Source of the DNA: Akkermansiaceae bacterium
GTDB taxonomy: Bacteria > Verrucomicrobiota > Verrucomicrobiia > Verrucomicrobiales > Akkermansiaceae
Assembly: GCA_025362955.1 (NCBI GenBank)
Contig: JANYFB010000273.1
Span: 8,455-72,454 of the forward strand
Reading direction: 5' to 3'
Length of the DNA: 64,000 nt
Below the pieces are notes generated by a model. The model ran no database searches. It had not been told where the DNA came from and was given only the letters and a program-made list of their open reading frames with translations. The position numbers and the translations under genes were made by a program. Of the stretch, positions 37,638 through 49,816 are shown piece by piece (position 1 is the first letter of the stretch; every line of letters begins with the position of its first letter).

Positions 37638-38705
37638 ATGACCCATTCCATAAAAAAGCATCTGTTCATCGTGACCTATGGCCGCACCGGTTCAACCCTC
37701 CTGCAAGGAATTCTGAACGCCCACCCGAAAATCCACATTTCCGGGGAAAATTCCGGCCTCTTTCTTAGTCTCTACCGCGTCCTTGGCTCGCTGGAATCGT
37801 ATGAAAGCCATTTGATCACGCCAGATAAAGACACGCCGTCCATACCCTTTTTTGGAGTGTCCGCCTTCCCTTTCGCTAAGGTGCGAACCGAGATTACCCA
37901 TTTATTTCAGAACTTTTTCCCAGTGGACGAAGCTGCGGTGACCCGTGGTTTCAAAGAGGTTCGCTACGACATGCCGGACCTTGACAACTACCTGGATTTT
38001 CTCAGGAAATTCCACCCCGATTCCTGTTTTATCTTCCTTACCCGCGAACATGACGCGGTGTTGAAAAGCGGTTTCTATCAAAAATCCGCGCCCATGGTTC
38101 TCCGTCGGCACCTGGCTATTCTCGACAACCGCTTTCATGGATACGCCTCGAAAAATCCCGAATGTTCGTTCGAGATTACCTACCAGGACCTGCTCGAATT
38201 CGGCCCTATCCAGAAGATGTTTTCATTTATTGGACATGAAGTGAGCGAAGCCTCATGGAAGGATGTGATTGGGCAGAGCCACAGCTATGATGTGCAGTCC
38301 GTGCTTAATCTGGGGCAAAAAAGCCGTTTGGTGGTATTTGACGCCGCCAAGGTTTTCTTCGAGAAATGCGTGTTTGAGCTTACCAGCCACGAAGTGACGC
38401 ATGCACTTAAAATGCCCCTTACCGGCGTCATTGTCCCGCTGGCCGCCACAGGAAAATTGGAATCCCTGTATTTTCAAAGTGCTACCACCCGGCACCAGGC
38501 TAAGATCGGTATTCCGTCACCGGGTATTGGGAAAAAATTCCCTGACAACGCACTTGCGACAAACGCCCGTTTTTCATTCGCGGTCGATCCGCCGACTGTC
38601 GCCCATGGAATCGGGGACTACGAGTTGATTGGTAATTTCGCCCATATCGGTCCTCAAGCAATTGCCCGCTTGTTTGTTGCCCCGCCGCCGGAAACCGCAA
38701 CCTAA
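37638..38705 (+). CDS. putative sulfotransferase-family protein
   Basis: The N-terminal [21 protein letters not shown] resembles the PAPS 5'-phosphosulfate-binding loop of sulfotransferases. The rest is unassigned. Confidence 0.5.
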   Translation: MTHSIKKHLFIVTYGRTGSTLLQGILNAHPKIHISGENSGLFLSLYRVLGSLESYESHLITPDKDTPSIPFFGVSAFPFAKVRTEITHLFQNFFPVDEAAVTRGFKEVRYDMPDLDNYLDFLRKFHPDSCFIFLTREHDAVLKSGFYQKSAPMVLRRHLAILDNRFHGYASKNPECSFEITYQDLLEFGPIQKMFSFIGHEVSEASWKDVIGQSHSYDVQSVLNLGQKSRLVVFDAAKVFFEKCVFELTSHEVTHALKMPLTGVIVPLAATGKLESLYFQSATTRHQAKIGIPSPGIGKKFPDNALATNARFSFAVDPPTVAHGIGDYELIGNFAHIGPQAIARLFVAPPPETAT

Positions 38706-38820
38706 CAAATAGGGCAGAGCAAGCCCACTTTTCAGTTGAACCGATTTCGTTGAAAAAGTGTGAGGACTGCGAGAGTATTCATTGATTCAACCCTACCCAC
38801 TTCTAACTCATTTCCAACCC

Positions 38821-40170
38821 ATGAATCGTCGTGAAATCATTCGCACCGGCTCGCTCGGCACCCTCGGCTTGCTTGCCTCCCAGACATTCCAAACTGCCCG
38901 TGCCCAAGCCCGCGTCGCCGGATCTAACGAGCGCATCCGCATCGGCATCGTCGGATTTTCCGACCGCTTGAACAGCACCCTCCTTCCAGCATTCAAGGCG
39001 GTGGCCGATGAGTTCAACTGCGAGATCGTCGGCGTTTCAGATCTCTGGAGCCGCCGCCGCGAAGAGGCCAAAGCGTATTTCACCAAGAACTTCGGCAAGG
39101 AAATCGAGACCTACCGCAACAACGAGGAGATGTATGAAAAGGCCAAGCTGGATGCCGTCATCATTTCCACTGCGGATTTCCAACATGCCACCCACGCCAT
39201 CGAAGCCATTGCCGCGGGATGTGACGTCTATTGCGAAAAGCCTTTTGCCGAAACGATGGAGGACGCGCGCGCCGCGCTCAAGGCCGTTAGAGCATCCGAC
39301 CGGATTCTCCAAGTCGGCTCGCAACGCCGCTCGGGCAACACCTACATCGCCGCCAAGGAATACCTCAACAGCGGAAAATTCGGCCCCATCGTCGCAGCTG
39401 AAATGACATGGAATGTCAATCAACCCGGACGCTGGCGCAGACCGGATCTCGTCGCCGCCATCCAGGAAAAAGATACCGATTGGAAACGCTTCCTCTGCAA
39501 CCGCCCCGATGCGAAATGGGACCCGCGCAAATATTTGGAATTCCGTCTGTTCTGGCCCTATTCATCAGGCATCACCGGACAATGGATGTGCCACCAAATC
39601 GATACCATCCACTGGTTTACCGGACTCCCCCACCCCCGCTCCGTCTCGGCGAACGGCGGCATTTATCAGTGGAAGGATGGACGCACGAATTTCGACACAC
39701 TTACCGCCGTCTTCGACTACGGCCCGCTCGACGATCCATCGTCCGGCTTCCAGGTCACCTACGGCTCCCGCTTCAGCAACTCCGCTGGCGGCACCAAGGA
39801 GATCTATTATTCTAACGGCGGCGAACTCAACCTGGACACCAGCAAAGTCACTTCGAACGGCGGCTTGGCAAAAAAGGAAGCCGAGGCCATGAAGCTGTCT
39901 GCGAACCTGCTTGACGACTTCAAGCTTGAAGGCTCCGGCCCGGCCACCACTGCCGCGAACATGGGGGCCGACGAAATGACCACTGCCCACATGAAGAACT
40001 GGCTGGAGTGCCTGCGCTCCCGCAAGCAACCGCACGCCCCGGTCGAGGCCGGCTATCAGCACTCCATCGCCACCATCATGGCCAATGCCGCCGCCCGCAC
40101 TGGCGAACGGGTTACTTTCGACGAAAAAACCCAGGAAGTCATGGCGGGCGGCAAAGTCTTCCATCTCTAA
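38821..40170 (+). CDS. Tat-exported Gfo/Idh/MocA-family oxidoreductase
   Basis: Twin-arginine leader MNRREIIRTGSLGTLGLLASQTFQTARA. Rossmann motif IRIGIVGFSDR and EKPFA, typical of the Gfo/Idh/MocA family. Confidence 0.85.
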   Translation: MNRREIIRTGSLGTLGLLASQTFQTARAQARVAGSNERIRIGIVGFSDRLNSTLLPAFKAVADEFNCEIVGVSDLWSRRREEAKAYFTKNFGKEIETYRNNEEMYEKAKLDAVIISTADFQHATHAIEAIAAGCDVYCEKPFAETMEDARAALKAVRASDRILQVGSQRRSGNTYIAAKEYLNSGKFGPIVAAEMTWNVNQPGRWRRPDLVAAIQEKDTDWKRFLCNRPDAKWDPRKYLEFRLFWPYSSGITGQWMCHQIDTIHWFTGLPHPRSVSANGGIYQWKDGRTNFDTLTAVFDYGPLDDPSSGFQVTYGSRFSNSAGGTKEIYYSNGGELNLDTSKVTSNGGLAKKEAEAMKLSANLLDDFKLEGSGPATTAANMGADEMTTAHMKNWLECLRSRKQPHAPVEAGYQHSIATIMANAAARTGERVTFDEKTQEVMAGGKVFHL

Positions 40171-40182
40171 CACACTTCGTGT

Positions 40183-41076
40183 ATGTCTCCTGATTCCATT
40201 CCTCGTAGAAATTTCCTCCATGCAGGCGGCATGGCACTGTTAGGGGCCGCATTCCTGCCTCGAATGATCGCCGCGCCCGTGACGGCGGAGAAAAATTTTT
40301 TCTCCGCCATGGGCATCGCCGCCTCTCTCGACAAGGCAGCCGCCCTTAAAGAAGCGGGAGCGCAGTTTCTAACTGAGAGCGTTGGTAACTTCCTCGTCCC
40401 TGACCAACCAGATGACGTTTTCCAGAAAAACCGCGCCAGACTTGCAGCATCTCCCCTGCCCATCCTTGCCTGCAACGGCTTCCTCCGCCCAGCGCTGCTC
40501 CGCTGCGTAGGCCCGGACGCCCGCCCCGACCTCATTCTCCCTTGGGCCGAAAACGCCTTCCGCCGCATGAAGCTCGCCGGCGGAAAATTTATCGTCTTTG
40601 GGAGTGGTAGCTCACGCCAACTCCCCGAGGGCTGGGCTAGGGAAAAAGCGGACGAGCAATTTGTTTCTCTTCTCAAACAACTCGGCCCCCTCGCTGAAGC
40701 CAGCGATATCACCCTCGTGGTCGAGCAGCTCCGCGCCGAGGAGTGCAATTATATCAACCACATCGCCCAAGGTGCGGCCCTCATCCGCGCTGCCAATCAT
40801 CCGCACGTCCGGATGCTTGCCGATCTCTATCACATCGCCTGCATGTGCGACAGCCCCGCCGATTTGAAAGCCGCCATGGATGTGGTTGTCCACGTCGAGA
40901 TCGCAGAAAAGCAAAGCCGCACCCTGCCGGGCGTTACGGGCGATGACTTCCGCCCCTATTTTCACGTTCTGCGAGAAAGCGGCTATCGCGGTGCTGTTAG
41001 TATCGAAGGCAAATCCACTGACGAGCAAATCGCCCCCGCATTCTTGGAAATCGCCAAACAGGCACGGGAAGCCTGA
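40183..41076 (+). CDS. Tat-exported sugar phosphate isomerase/epimerase (xylose isomerase-like TIM barrel)
   Basis: Leader PRRNFLHAGGMALLGAAFL. Body shows LVVEQL...ECNYINH, RMLADLYHI, and HVEIAE, a metal-ligand-like His/Glu pattern of AP-endonuclease-2/XylA-like TIM barrels. Confidence 0.75.
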   Translation: MSPDSIPRRNFLHAGGMALLGAAFLPRMIAAPVTAEKNFFSAMGIAASLDKAAALKEAGAQFLTESVGNFLVPDQPDDVFQKNRARLAASPLPILACNGFLRPALLRCVGPDARPDLILPWAENAFRRMKLAGGKFIVFGSGSSRQLPEGWAREKADEQFVSLLKQLGPLAEASDITLVVEQLRAEECNYINHIAQGAALIRAANHPHVRMLADLYHIACMCDSPADLKAAMDVVVHVEIAEKQSRTLPGVTGDDFRPYFHVLRESGYRGAVSIEGKSTDEQIAPAFLEIAKQAREA

Positions 41077-41143
41077 AGGAACGCGGGATTCATCTCGCTT
41101 GTAATTTGGGATATGCGCGGAATGAAGTTTCGCGCTCCAATTG

Positions 41144-42040
41144 TTATTTGCCCCAGCGTTCGAGCAGCGTCTTCGCCATGTCGGAGGGAGTCTCCGCGAC
41201 GGCGATTCCGCACTCGGCGAGGATGCGCTTTTTGGCTTGGGCGGTGTCTTCCTCACCGCCGACGATGGCGCCGGCGTGGCCCATCCGGCGGCCCGGGGGC
41301 GCGGTGGCTCCGGCGATGAATCCCGCGATGGGCTTTTTGCAGTTTTCCATGGCCCAGCGTGCGGCGTCCACCTCGGCGTTGCCGCCGATTTCGCCGATCA
41401 TGATGATGGCTTCGGTCTCAGGATCGTTATTGAACATTTCTAACACTTCGAGGTGGTTGGTGCCGTTGATCGGGTCGCCACCGATGCCGACGCAGGTGCT
41501 CTGGCCGTAGCCGAGCTGAGTGAGTTGAAAAACAGCTTCATACGTTAGAGTGCCGGAGCGGGAAACCACGCCGACGTTGCCGCGCTTATGGATGTAGCCG
41601 GGAGCGATGCCGATACGGCAGCCGCCGTGGGATTTATCGCCGCGACCGGGAGTGACAAGGCCGGGGCAGTTAGGGCCGACGAGGCGGGATTTGGAACCGC
41701 GTAGGGCTTCCTTAACTCGCATCATGTCCATGACCGGAATACCTTCGGTGATGCAGACGATGAGCTCCACGCCCGCGTCGGCGGCTTCGAGGATGGCATC
41801 GGCGGCGAACGGAGGTGGCACGAAAATGGCGGATGCAGTGGCTCCGGTTTCGTTCACAGCCTGGCTGACGGTGTCGAAGATCGGCACGATGTCTTCAAAC
41901 TTCTGCCCACCTTTTCCGGGAGTGACGCCGGCGACGAGTTTGGTGCCGTAGGCGAGTGAGAGTGAGGCGTGACGTGCGCCGAAGCTGCCGGTGATCCCCT
42001 GAACCAGGAGCTTGGTGTTTTCGTCGATAAGGATGGCCAT
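41144..42040 (-). CDS. sucD: succinyl-CoA synthetase alpha subunit
   Basis: [23 protein letters not shown] and MGHAGAI (catalytic His). Confidence 0.95.
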   Translation of the reverse strand: MAILIDENTKLLVQGITGSFGARHASLSLAYGTKLVAGVTPGKGGQKFEDIVPIFDTVSQAVNETGATASAIFVPPPFAADAILEAADAGVELIVCITEGIPVMDMMRVKEALRGSKSRLVGPNCPGLVTPGRGDKSHGGCRIGIAPGYIHKRGNVGVVSRSGTLTYEAVFQLTQLGYGQSTCVGIGGDPINGTNHLEVLEMFNNDPETEAIIMIGEIGGNAEVDAARWAMENCKKPIAGFIAGATAPPGRRMGHAGAIVGGEEDTAQAKKRILAECGIAVAETPSDMAKTLLERWGK

Positions 42041-42117
42041 GAGAAAAAGTTGCTAGATTTCAGTTTGAAGTTTTAAGGAAAACACCTGTTTAGATTCGAG
42101 GGGTTGGGTCATCAATT

Positions 42118-43299
<1,182 letters not shown>

Positions 43300-43395
43300 G
43301 ATGGCGTCTGGAATCGTGCGCTGACACAGGGAAATCGGCGCGACGGTATTCCCCCGAGCCTTGCCGGGTCAAGGACTCCTCAAGGAAAATTCGGG

Positions 43396-46083
43396 TTATC
43401 GGCCCGAGGCTTCGATGAGGCGGCGGATCTTGCCATTGAAGGCATCAGCTACCGCAAGTTCCTCAATCCGGAGATGCATTCGATAGCGCCAGTAATAAGG
43501 CATGATCGCGGGAACATTTATCCGCTCCGCCGCTATGTTGGGATTGCGGATCGCTTCGTCGATGGCTAACAAATCCTGGAGTGGAAAAATGGCCCACATC
43601 GCGGGAGATTGAAGGTGCTGCCAGACGATGCGGCTGGCAACCTCGCCTGATAGCTGGTTTTCCGTAAAAGGAATACCGAACATCTGCCAAGCAAATCTAG
43701 CAGTCGCACCGGAGTCTTCCTTCCACCAGGCACGCAGCGTCGGCATGTCGTGGGTGGAAGGACTCACCACACTTAAGTAGGGCGCGTTTTCGGGATTGAA
43801 AAACTCGACTTCATGGGTTTTGGGCATCCGTTGGATTTCCAGCGAGAGGATGCCGAGTTCCTTAAGCACCCCCGGCACGCATGCGGGAACCATGCCGAGA
43901 TCTTCACCGCAGAGGAGCATCGGGCTGGCTTGCCGCATCGCGGGTAGTTTCTCATAACCACGGGCCTGCCAGAAATCTTCCTGACGGCGGTAAAAATAGT
44001 CATTATAAAGATTTTCCACCAGCCATCGGGTGTGCGAATCAAGCTCTTGATAGGATCGAGTCGCCTGCATCGAACAACGCGGATGGAACAACGTGCCATG
44101 CGAGCCGGTTACTTCGAAGAAAAGCACCTCGCTTACACAATCAAACAATCCATCTCGAATAAAATCATCATGCGGGTGATCCTTGAAATAATCAACAATT
44201 CGGCGCTGGGTGGAGACTTGCTCGCGAAGTTGGAAATAGCCCGAGCCTGAATCATGGAGGAATTGTCGTTTCACATAGTCCACCGCATCACCGAAACGAT
44301 CCCGCAAAAAATTCCCGCGAATATACGGACGGCAGTAGCGGTTGTAATCAAAATCAATTCCTAACTTGCGAATTTCATCAATATGAATCGGAAGTGCCGG
44401 ATCGAAATATCCCATAATGCCTTCCACCTGATCCGACGGAACCTGCCATATCCGAAAAAAACCAAGTATATGATCAATTCGATAGGCATCGAAGTAACAA
44501 CTGAGTTTTTCAAATCTCGACCGCCACCATGCATAACCGTCCTTTTGCATGACCTCCCAATGATAAGTAGGAAATCCCCAGTTCTGACCTTTCAAGGCAA
44601 AGGCATCCGGCGGTGCGCCCGCCTGCGCGTCCATCTTGAACAAATGCGGCGAGGACCATGCATCGACCGATTGACGATCAATACCGATGGGTAAGTCTCC
44701 CTTCAGCGCCAGCCCACGGCTGTGTAAATGCTTAACAGCGTCCGCGAGTTGGTAATCCAGCTCGCATTGCAGCCAACAATGATAGGCGACATCCGGCCAT
44801 TCGGGGTGATTCGGGTTTACCAACTCATTCACCTGCTCCTTGTCGAACTCCGCCCAGTCTTCCCATTTTGAGAAATCGGCAGTCCCGAATTGATCGCGCT
44901 TCACGCAAAACACCGCGTAAGGGATCACCCAGTCGCCGTTGGTTTCCATAAACTCTTTAAACGCCGCGCTGGAAATGATTGTATTTCGATGCTTGTTATA
45001 AATTTGGCGGGTGAGTATGGATTTTGCTTTCATCACCGCCTCGTAATCCATCTGGTCCAGAGGATTGAGTTGCTCACGCGTGCTACTTATTTCCTGTGCA
45101 AAACTTAGCGGCATGGTATAGCTCAAGTCATCTATTCTCAGATAGATTGGATGCAACGCGAAAACACTGATCGCTGAGTAGGGATAGGAATCCGTCCAGT
45201 CGTGAGACGAGGTAGTATCATTAATCGGTAAAATTTGGATTAACTTTAGACCAATCCCCTGCGCCCAGTCCGCCAAGGGTTTGAGATCCGCGAACTCGCC
45301 GACACCCAAACTTTTTCCGCTGCGGAGTGAAAAAACCGGAATGGCAACCCCCGCGGCCCGCGGGAGCGTGGTGCTATCCCTGCGATAAGATTCATCCTCT
45401 ACTTTCGTCCACTGCCGGGAAGCGTGGGCATGATATGGAATCTTTCTATTCTCACCAAGCTCAAGGCTCACAACACACTTCAAAGTAGTGTCAAATAAGC
45501 CATATTTATACTCAATATCCAACTCCTCAGGGAGATAAAGATATTGCTGCCAGATATGGCTGGCCATTTCCTGCAAGGGGATCGCAGAATGCCAGCCCCA
45601 ACTGCCGATTTCCGTACAATTTCCGATCAGACAGGGCACTTGGCCCGCAGGCACGGCGGCCATCCGAAGTTGGAAGGAATGGTTGGCATTTGTGGGAATC
45701 GCCGCTTTTTCAAAAGGTCCACGGGATGCCAGCATGGCAGGAAAGGCATTCGTTTCAAAAGCGTAGTCCGCAGTCCCGGCCGAGCACCATGAATCGAGCA
45801 GCAATACCACATCATGCACCGCGAAATTCACCTCTGCGGTTCTCGGCCCATGCCATTCATCCAGTTCCACTCCGTTGACCTGCCGGAGCTGATAGTGATA
45901 ATCCACATGGAATTCCCCTTTTCCGTGCGCTTCAACCGTTGCTTCCCACTGCTGATCGTTAAGCCAGTGCATGGGGACAACTTGATCAAAGCGAATGGCG
46001 TTCGCACCTAGCACAACCGAGTATTTCAACCACAGTGATTGACCGGGCACCGTATGATAATCGAGTTGGAAAATTATTTTCAT
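43396..46083 (-). CDS. malQ: 4-alpha-glucanotransferase (GH77) with N-terminal CBM20-like domains
   Basis: AGVAIPVFSLRS..SLGVGEFADL..LADWA...LIQILPINDT, GDLPIGIDRQSVDAW, WGFPTYHW, RIDHILGFFRIW, and CGEDLGMVP. Start preferred at MKIIFQLDY (46083). Confidence 0.85.
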   Translation of the reverse strand: MKIIFQLDYHTVPGQSLWLKYSVVLGANAIRFDQVVPMHWLNDQQWEATVEAHGKGEFHVDYHYQLRQVNGVELDEWHGPRTAEVNFAVHDVVLLLDSWCSAGTADYAFETNAFPAMLASRGPFEKAAIPTNANHSFQLRMAAVPAGQVPCLIGNCTEIGSWGWHSAIPLQEMASHIWQQYLYLPEELDIEYKYGLFDTTLKCVVSLELGENRKIPYHAHASRQWTKVEDESYRRDSTTLPRAAGVAIPVFSLRSGKSLGVGEFADLKPLADWAQGIGLKLIQILPINDTTSSHDWTDSYPYSAISVFALHPIYLRIDDLSYTMPLSFAQEISSTREQLNPLDQMDYEAVMKAKSILTRQIYNKHRNTIISSAAFKEFMETNGDWVIPYAVFCVKRDQFGTADFSKWEDWAEFDKEQVNELVNPNHPEWPDVAYHCWLQCELDYQLADAVKHLHSRGLALKGDLPIGIDRQSVDAWSSPHLFKMDAQAGAPPDAFALKGQNWGFPTYHWEVMQKDGYAWWRSRFEKLSCYFDAYRIDHILGFFRIWQVPSDQVEGIMGYFDPALPIHIDEIRKLGIDFDYNRYCRPYIRGNFLRDRFGDAVDYVKRQFLHDSGSGYFQLREQVSTQRRIVDYFKDHPHDDFIRDGLFDCVSEVLFFEVTGSHGTLFHPRCSMQATRSYQELDSHTRWLVENLYNDYFYRRQEDFWQARGYEKLPAMRQASPMLLCGEDLGMVPACVPGVLKELGILSLEIQRMPKTHEVEFFNPENAPYLSVVSPSTHDMPTLRAWWKEDSGATARFAWQMFGIPFTENQLSGEVASRIVWQHLQSPAMWAIFPLQDLLAIDEAIRNPNIAAERINVPAIMPYYWRYRMHLRIEELAVADAFNGKIRRLIEASGR

Positions 46084-46305
46084 GGATTGCAATCGGGATT
46101 CTCTATGAAATGTCGGAAATCGGGAAATGGTTGGCGACTGGAAAAAAATCCAGGTTTCCTGCGCGTCATATCGCTTGACCACGGCAATTTGCCGCCCAAC
46201 TTGATTTTATGCTGCATATGGTCACCGTCGTTCTTGTGGTATGCTTGGCGGTGGCCGGCCTGGCACTCGCGCGGGTGATCACGAATTGGTTCGCGGACCG
46301 CTGAT

Positions 46306-47352
46306 TTAATGGTGAGAAGCCTTTCTTAGAAGTTGAAGGCGATCCAGGGCGGCTCCGCTGGTGATCATCTCCCGGGAAATCGCAATGCCATCGCCCATGT
46401 TGTCGGCTAGCCCGGCGCAGGCCAGGGCGGCCCCTGAATTCATGAGCACCATGTCACGTTTGGCCCCGGTTTCGCGGCCTGATAGAATGGCTTCTAGGAT
46501 GACCGCATTCACCTTCGCGTCACCACCTTGGAGTTCGTTAACCTCGGCGTGCTGGAGGCCAAAATCGCGAGGCCGGATTTCCTCGTCGCTGAGATCCTGC
46601 AGGGTGCCGCATTTGCAAATGCGGGTGGAACCCATCAGGCTGACCTCGTCAACCGAGCGTCCATCGCCGGTAGTGCCATGGACTACCCAGGCACTCTCGC
46701 GTCCGAGCCGCTGGAGGATTTCCGCAAATGCGGGACAAAGATCTCGTGAAAAAACGCCCACGAGTTGGCATTGTGGACGGGCTGGGTTGAGCAGCGGGCC
46801 TATCAGATTGAAAATCGTTTTAACGCCTTTTGCCGCGAGGGATTTCCGGACGGCGACGACGGATTTGAAAGCCGGATGATAGATGGGCGCGAACATGAAT
46901 CCGAGTCCCGCCCGCTCGACGCAACCCCTGAATTCATCCGCTGATAGATCGATGCGGATTCCCAGCGCTTCGAGCACGTCCGCTCCCCCGCTCTTCGAGG
47001 TGATGCCGCGATTGCCATGCTTTACGACGACTGCTCCGGCGGCGGCGGCGATGAACATGGCGGTGGTGGAAACGTTGAAAAGGTCGAGCTGATCGCCTCC
47101 AGTCCCACAGACATCGAGAGTGGGTCCTTCTAATTCCAAGAGACCGAGGTGGGGATCGACGGCGTGTTCGAGAAATGCCTCAACGAAGCTGGCGATTTCG
47201 TCCGGGGTTTCCCCCTTGAGGGCTAGCGCTTCCAGCAACCGTTCCTTTTTCGCGTCAGGGGCTGCAGGATCCAACAGGAGCGCTGCCGCAACTTCCACTT
47301 CGCGGAATGACAGTTCCTGCTTTTCTTCCAAATGACGAATCAAGGCGTCCAC
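46306..47352 (-). CDS. trpD: anthranilate phosphoribosyltransferase
   Basis: DVCGTGGDQLDLFNVSTTAMFIAAAAG, KHGNRGITSKSGGADVLEALG and IGPLLNP. GTG start. Confidence 0.9.
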   Translation of the reverse strand: MDALIRHLEEKQELSFREVEVAAALLLDPAAPDAKKERLLEALALKGETPDEIASFVEAFLEHAVDPHLGLLELEGPTLDVCGTGGDQLDLFNVSTTAMFIAAAAGAVVVKHGNRGITSKSGGADVLEALGIRIDLSADEFRGCVERAGLGFMFAPIYHPAFKSVVAVRKSLAAKGVKTIFNLIGPLLNPARPQCQLVGVFSRDLCPAFAEILQRLGRESAWVVHGTTGDGRSVDEVSLMGSTRICKCGTLQDLSDEEIRPRDFGLQHAEVNELQGGDAKVNAVILEAILSGRETGAKRDMVLMNSGAALACAGLADNMGDGIAISREMITSGAALDRLQLLRKASHH

Positions 47353-47476
47353 GCCGGGAGTGTGGGCGTAACACGCGTGACCGACCAGAACGAATGCTCA
47401 GATAGCTGTTATAGAGCGCGATGCCTTGGTCAATAATTGTTCGATGGTCGCTCGGTCGCTTTTTGAGGATTTCTAC

Positions 47477-49816
47477 TCAGCGTCCCACTGGCACGAGGCC
47501 GAAAGGTTGGTCGCTCACAAAAACACGGTAATCTTTGATCCGCCCCGGCGTGCCGGAACCGGGGCGAGCTAGGTAGCGAATGCCGCCCAGATCCACGGAT
47601 TCCCCTAGATCAATCACTACCCGATGAGGGAAACCCGGGTTGGCCTTGCTGTATTGGCTATGCCAGATGCTGGCAGGCTGACCATCTAGCATGTTCTCCG
47701 CGTCGCCCGATTCCGCAGTGGTTTCCTCACTGCTCACCCAGAAAATGGCCCATTTGTTTTTGGACATCACTTCGCCCTTGGCGTTGAGGGCGTCCAGTTC
47801 GGCAATCGATGCGTTATTGCCTTTTTCCGCGTTCAAGGCTTCGAGGCACAGGAAGCGGCCTCGTTCCGATTTTGCGAAGCGCGATTCCTGCCATTCCGCG
47901 TCCGGTTTGAAACTCCCCTGCGCCGCCGGGGCTTGAGTTCCTGCGGAAAATGTGCCGGTCGCACGAGTCTTGCGGGCGAAGTCAAGGTCGAGCCGGACTT
48001 CATCGAGAACCGGCTTGGAAAGACCCGCGAGGGTCGGTGTGAGCGGGCCTAACATGTCGAGGACGACCACTTGGTTACTCCCGGATTTTAACCATGGACC
48101 GGGGACATACATCGTTTGGGTGGGACCAATGTTCCAGAAACGCCCGAGACAATGACCGTTGATCCACACGACACCTTTACCCCAAGCGCGGACGTCGAGA
48201 AAGGTATCGCCGGGCTGCGCCACGTTGAAACTTCCGCGCCAAAATGCCGGGCCGTTGTCGGTCCCCGCAGGCTGATAGTGGAGGGAGGCCAACTGCGCGT
48301 CGTCAAGCGGGAGCGAAAAAATTTCCCAATTCGCCACTTCACTGCCATTGATCTGAACGGGACCATGCAAGCCTTTGCGGTCGAAGATTTCGCTCCCGAA
48401 ATTCACCCGGCCCATTGCTTCTATCAGAATATCCAACTGCATCGGTTGGCTGCGGGCGGGCAGCTTCAGTTGATAGCGTTTGCTGCGGCGGTCCATCAGT
48501 CCGACTTTTTTGCCGTCGAGAAAAATCCAGGCAAAATCGTGGATCTCCTTCACGCTCAACAAGCCTTCAGGCCCTGCGGGTAGTGTGGTGCGGTAAAGAA
48601 TGTCGCCACGGCTTTGGCCGTAGAACTCCATGGTCTTCGGTTGGGTGTCCTTGACCGGAGTTGGCAGATTGTTTCTAACGGGAGCCATTTCCTTCAAGGT
48701 GAACGCCGGAATTTCGATCACCGGATTCGCGGGTGGCACGGCGGGAAGCGTCTCGCCGGGGAGCAGGTGCTTGGACATGACCTCGCGGACTCGATCAAAT
48801 TTTCCCGGCGCGGCCCACCCAGCCTCGCTGATCGGCGCGTCGTAATCGTAGCTGCTAGTGTCTGGAGAAAACGGTCGATCCGCGCCGGCCCATAGGCCGA
48901 ACGAGGTGCCACCGTGCGCCATGTAAATGCTGAAAGATTGGTCGTTTTTCAACATGGTATCGAGATCGCCAACGAAGCTGTTGACGTTGCTGGTGCGATG
49001 GCCCCGACCCCACATGTCGAACCAGGCGGGGTAGAACTCGCCATTCATGAGCGGACCGGTTTTTTGGAATTTCCGCAGCGTCTCAAAGGCCTTGGTCGAT
49101 GCTCCCGGACTGAAATTCACCACCTGAAAAAGATCCTCGCGGAAGCCGCTGCCGATGGCCCCCGGCGGGTTGCAGGCGAAAAGCGGAACGTTCATCCCGC
49201 CGTCGATGAGCGCTTGGCGAAGGAGGCCCATGTATTCGTTATCCTTGCCGAAAGAGCCGTATTCATTTTCCACCTGCACCATCAGGATCGGGCCACCGTG
49301 AGTCACTTGGAGCGGCGCCAGCACTCGGGAAACTTCCTTCAGGTAGCGAGTGGCCGGGACCAGAAATTTCGGGTCTTTCGAGCGCAGGCCGATGCCATCG
49401 TTTTTCACCAACCACCATGGCAGCCCGCCCATTTCCCACTCGGCACAGGCGTATGGACCGGGCCGGACAATGACCCACAAGCCTTCTTCTTGGGCGATCT
49501 TGCAAAACTCGGCGGCATTGCGCCAACCAGTCCAGTCGAATCTTCCTTCCTCCCATTCATGGAAGTTCCAAAAAAAGTAGGCGCAAACGGTGTTCAGGCC
49601 CATCGCCTTGGCCATTTTCAACCGGTGCCGCCAGTATTCCGGCGGGATGCGGGCGAAGTGCATTTCCCCGCAACGGATCACCAACTTGTGGCCGTCGATC
49701 GTGAAATTTTGCTCACCGATGGCGAACTCGTGTTTCACGGGAGCGGACGAAGCGGGCATGGCGAAGATGAGGAAAAAGAATGCAAGAAGACGGGGGATTT
49801 TCGAGGACATGGTCAA
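47477..49816 (-). CDS. GH35 beta-galactosidase with C-terminal F5/8 type C (discoidin-like) domain
   Basis: Signal peptide present. GEMHFARIPPEYWRHRLKMAKAMGLNTV, MVQVENEYG (catalytic acid/base), and a C-terminal WHSQYS...PHRVVIDLG discoidin-type motif. Confidence 0.8.
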   Translation of the reverse strand: MTMSSKIPRLLAFFFLIFAMPASSAPVKHEFAIGEQNFTIDGHKLVIRCGEMHFARIPPEYWRHRLKMAKAMGLNTVCAYFFWNFHEWEEGRFDWTGWRNAAEFCKIAQEEGLWVIVRPGPYACAEWEMGGLPWWLVKNDGIGLRSKDPKFLVPATRYLKEVSRVLAPLQVTHGGPILMVQVENEYGSFGKDNEYMGLLRQALIDGGMNVPLFACNPPGAIGSGFREDLFQVVNFSPGASTKAFETLRKFQKTGPLMNGEFYPAWFDMWGRGHRTSNVNSFVGDLDTMLKNDQSFSIYMAHGGTSFGLWAGADRPFSPDTSSYDYDAPISEAGWAAPGKFDRVREVMSKHLLPGETLPAVPPANPVIEIPAFTLKEMAPVRNNLPTPVKDTQPKTMEFYGQSRGDILYRTTLPAGPEGLLSVKEIHDFAWIFLDGKKVGLMDRRSKRYQLKLPARSQPMQLDILIEAMGRVNFGSEIFDRKGLHGPVQINGSEVANWEIFSLPLDDAQLASLHYQPAGTDNGPAFWRGSFNVAQPGDTFLDVRAWGKGVVWINGHCLGRFWNIGPTQTMYVPGPWLKSGSNQVVVLDMLGPLTPTLAGLSKPVLDEVRLDLDFARKTRATGTFSAGTQAPAAQGSFKPDAEWQESRFAKSERGRFLCLEALNAEKGNNASIAELDALNAKGEVMSKNKWAIFWVSSEETTAESGDAENMLDGQPASIWHSQYSKANPGFPHRVVIDLGESVDLGGIRYLARPGSGTPGRIKDYRVFVSDQPFGLVPVGR

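Noticed and set aside
43396-49816. A possible horizontally acquired island (malQ-trpD-GH35), given lower GC in malQ and few GTTAG sites.
   Set aside because: trpD within it has normal (~58%) GC by spot count. There are no mobility genes, tRNA, or flanking repeats. The evidence is too weak for an island, so it is noted only under the pentamer finding.
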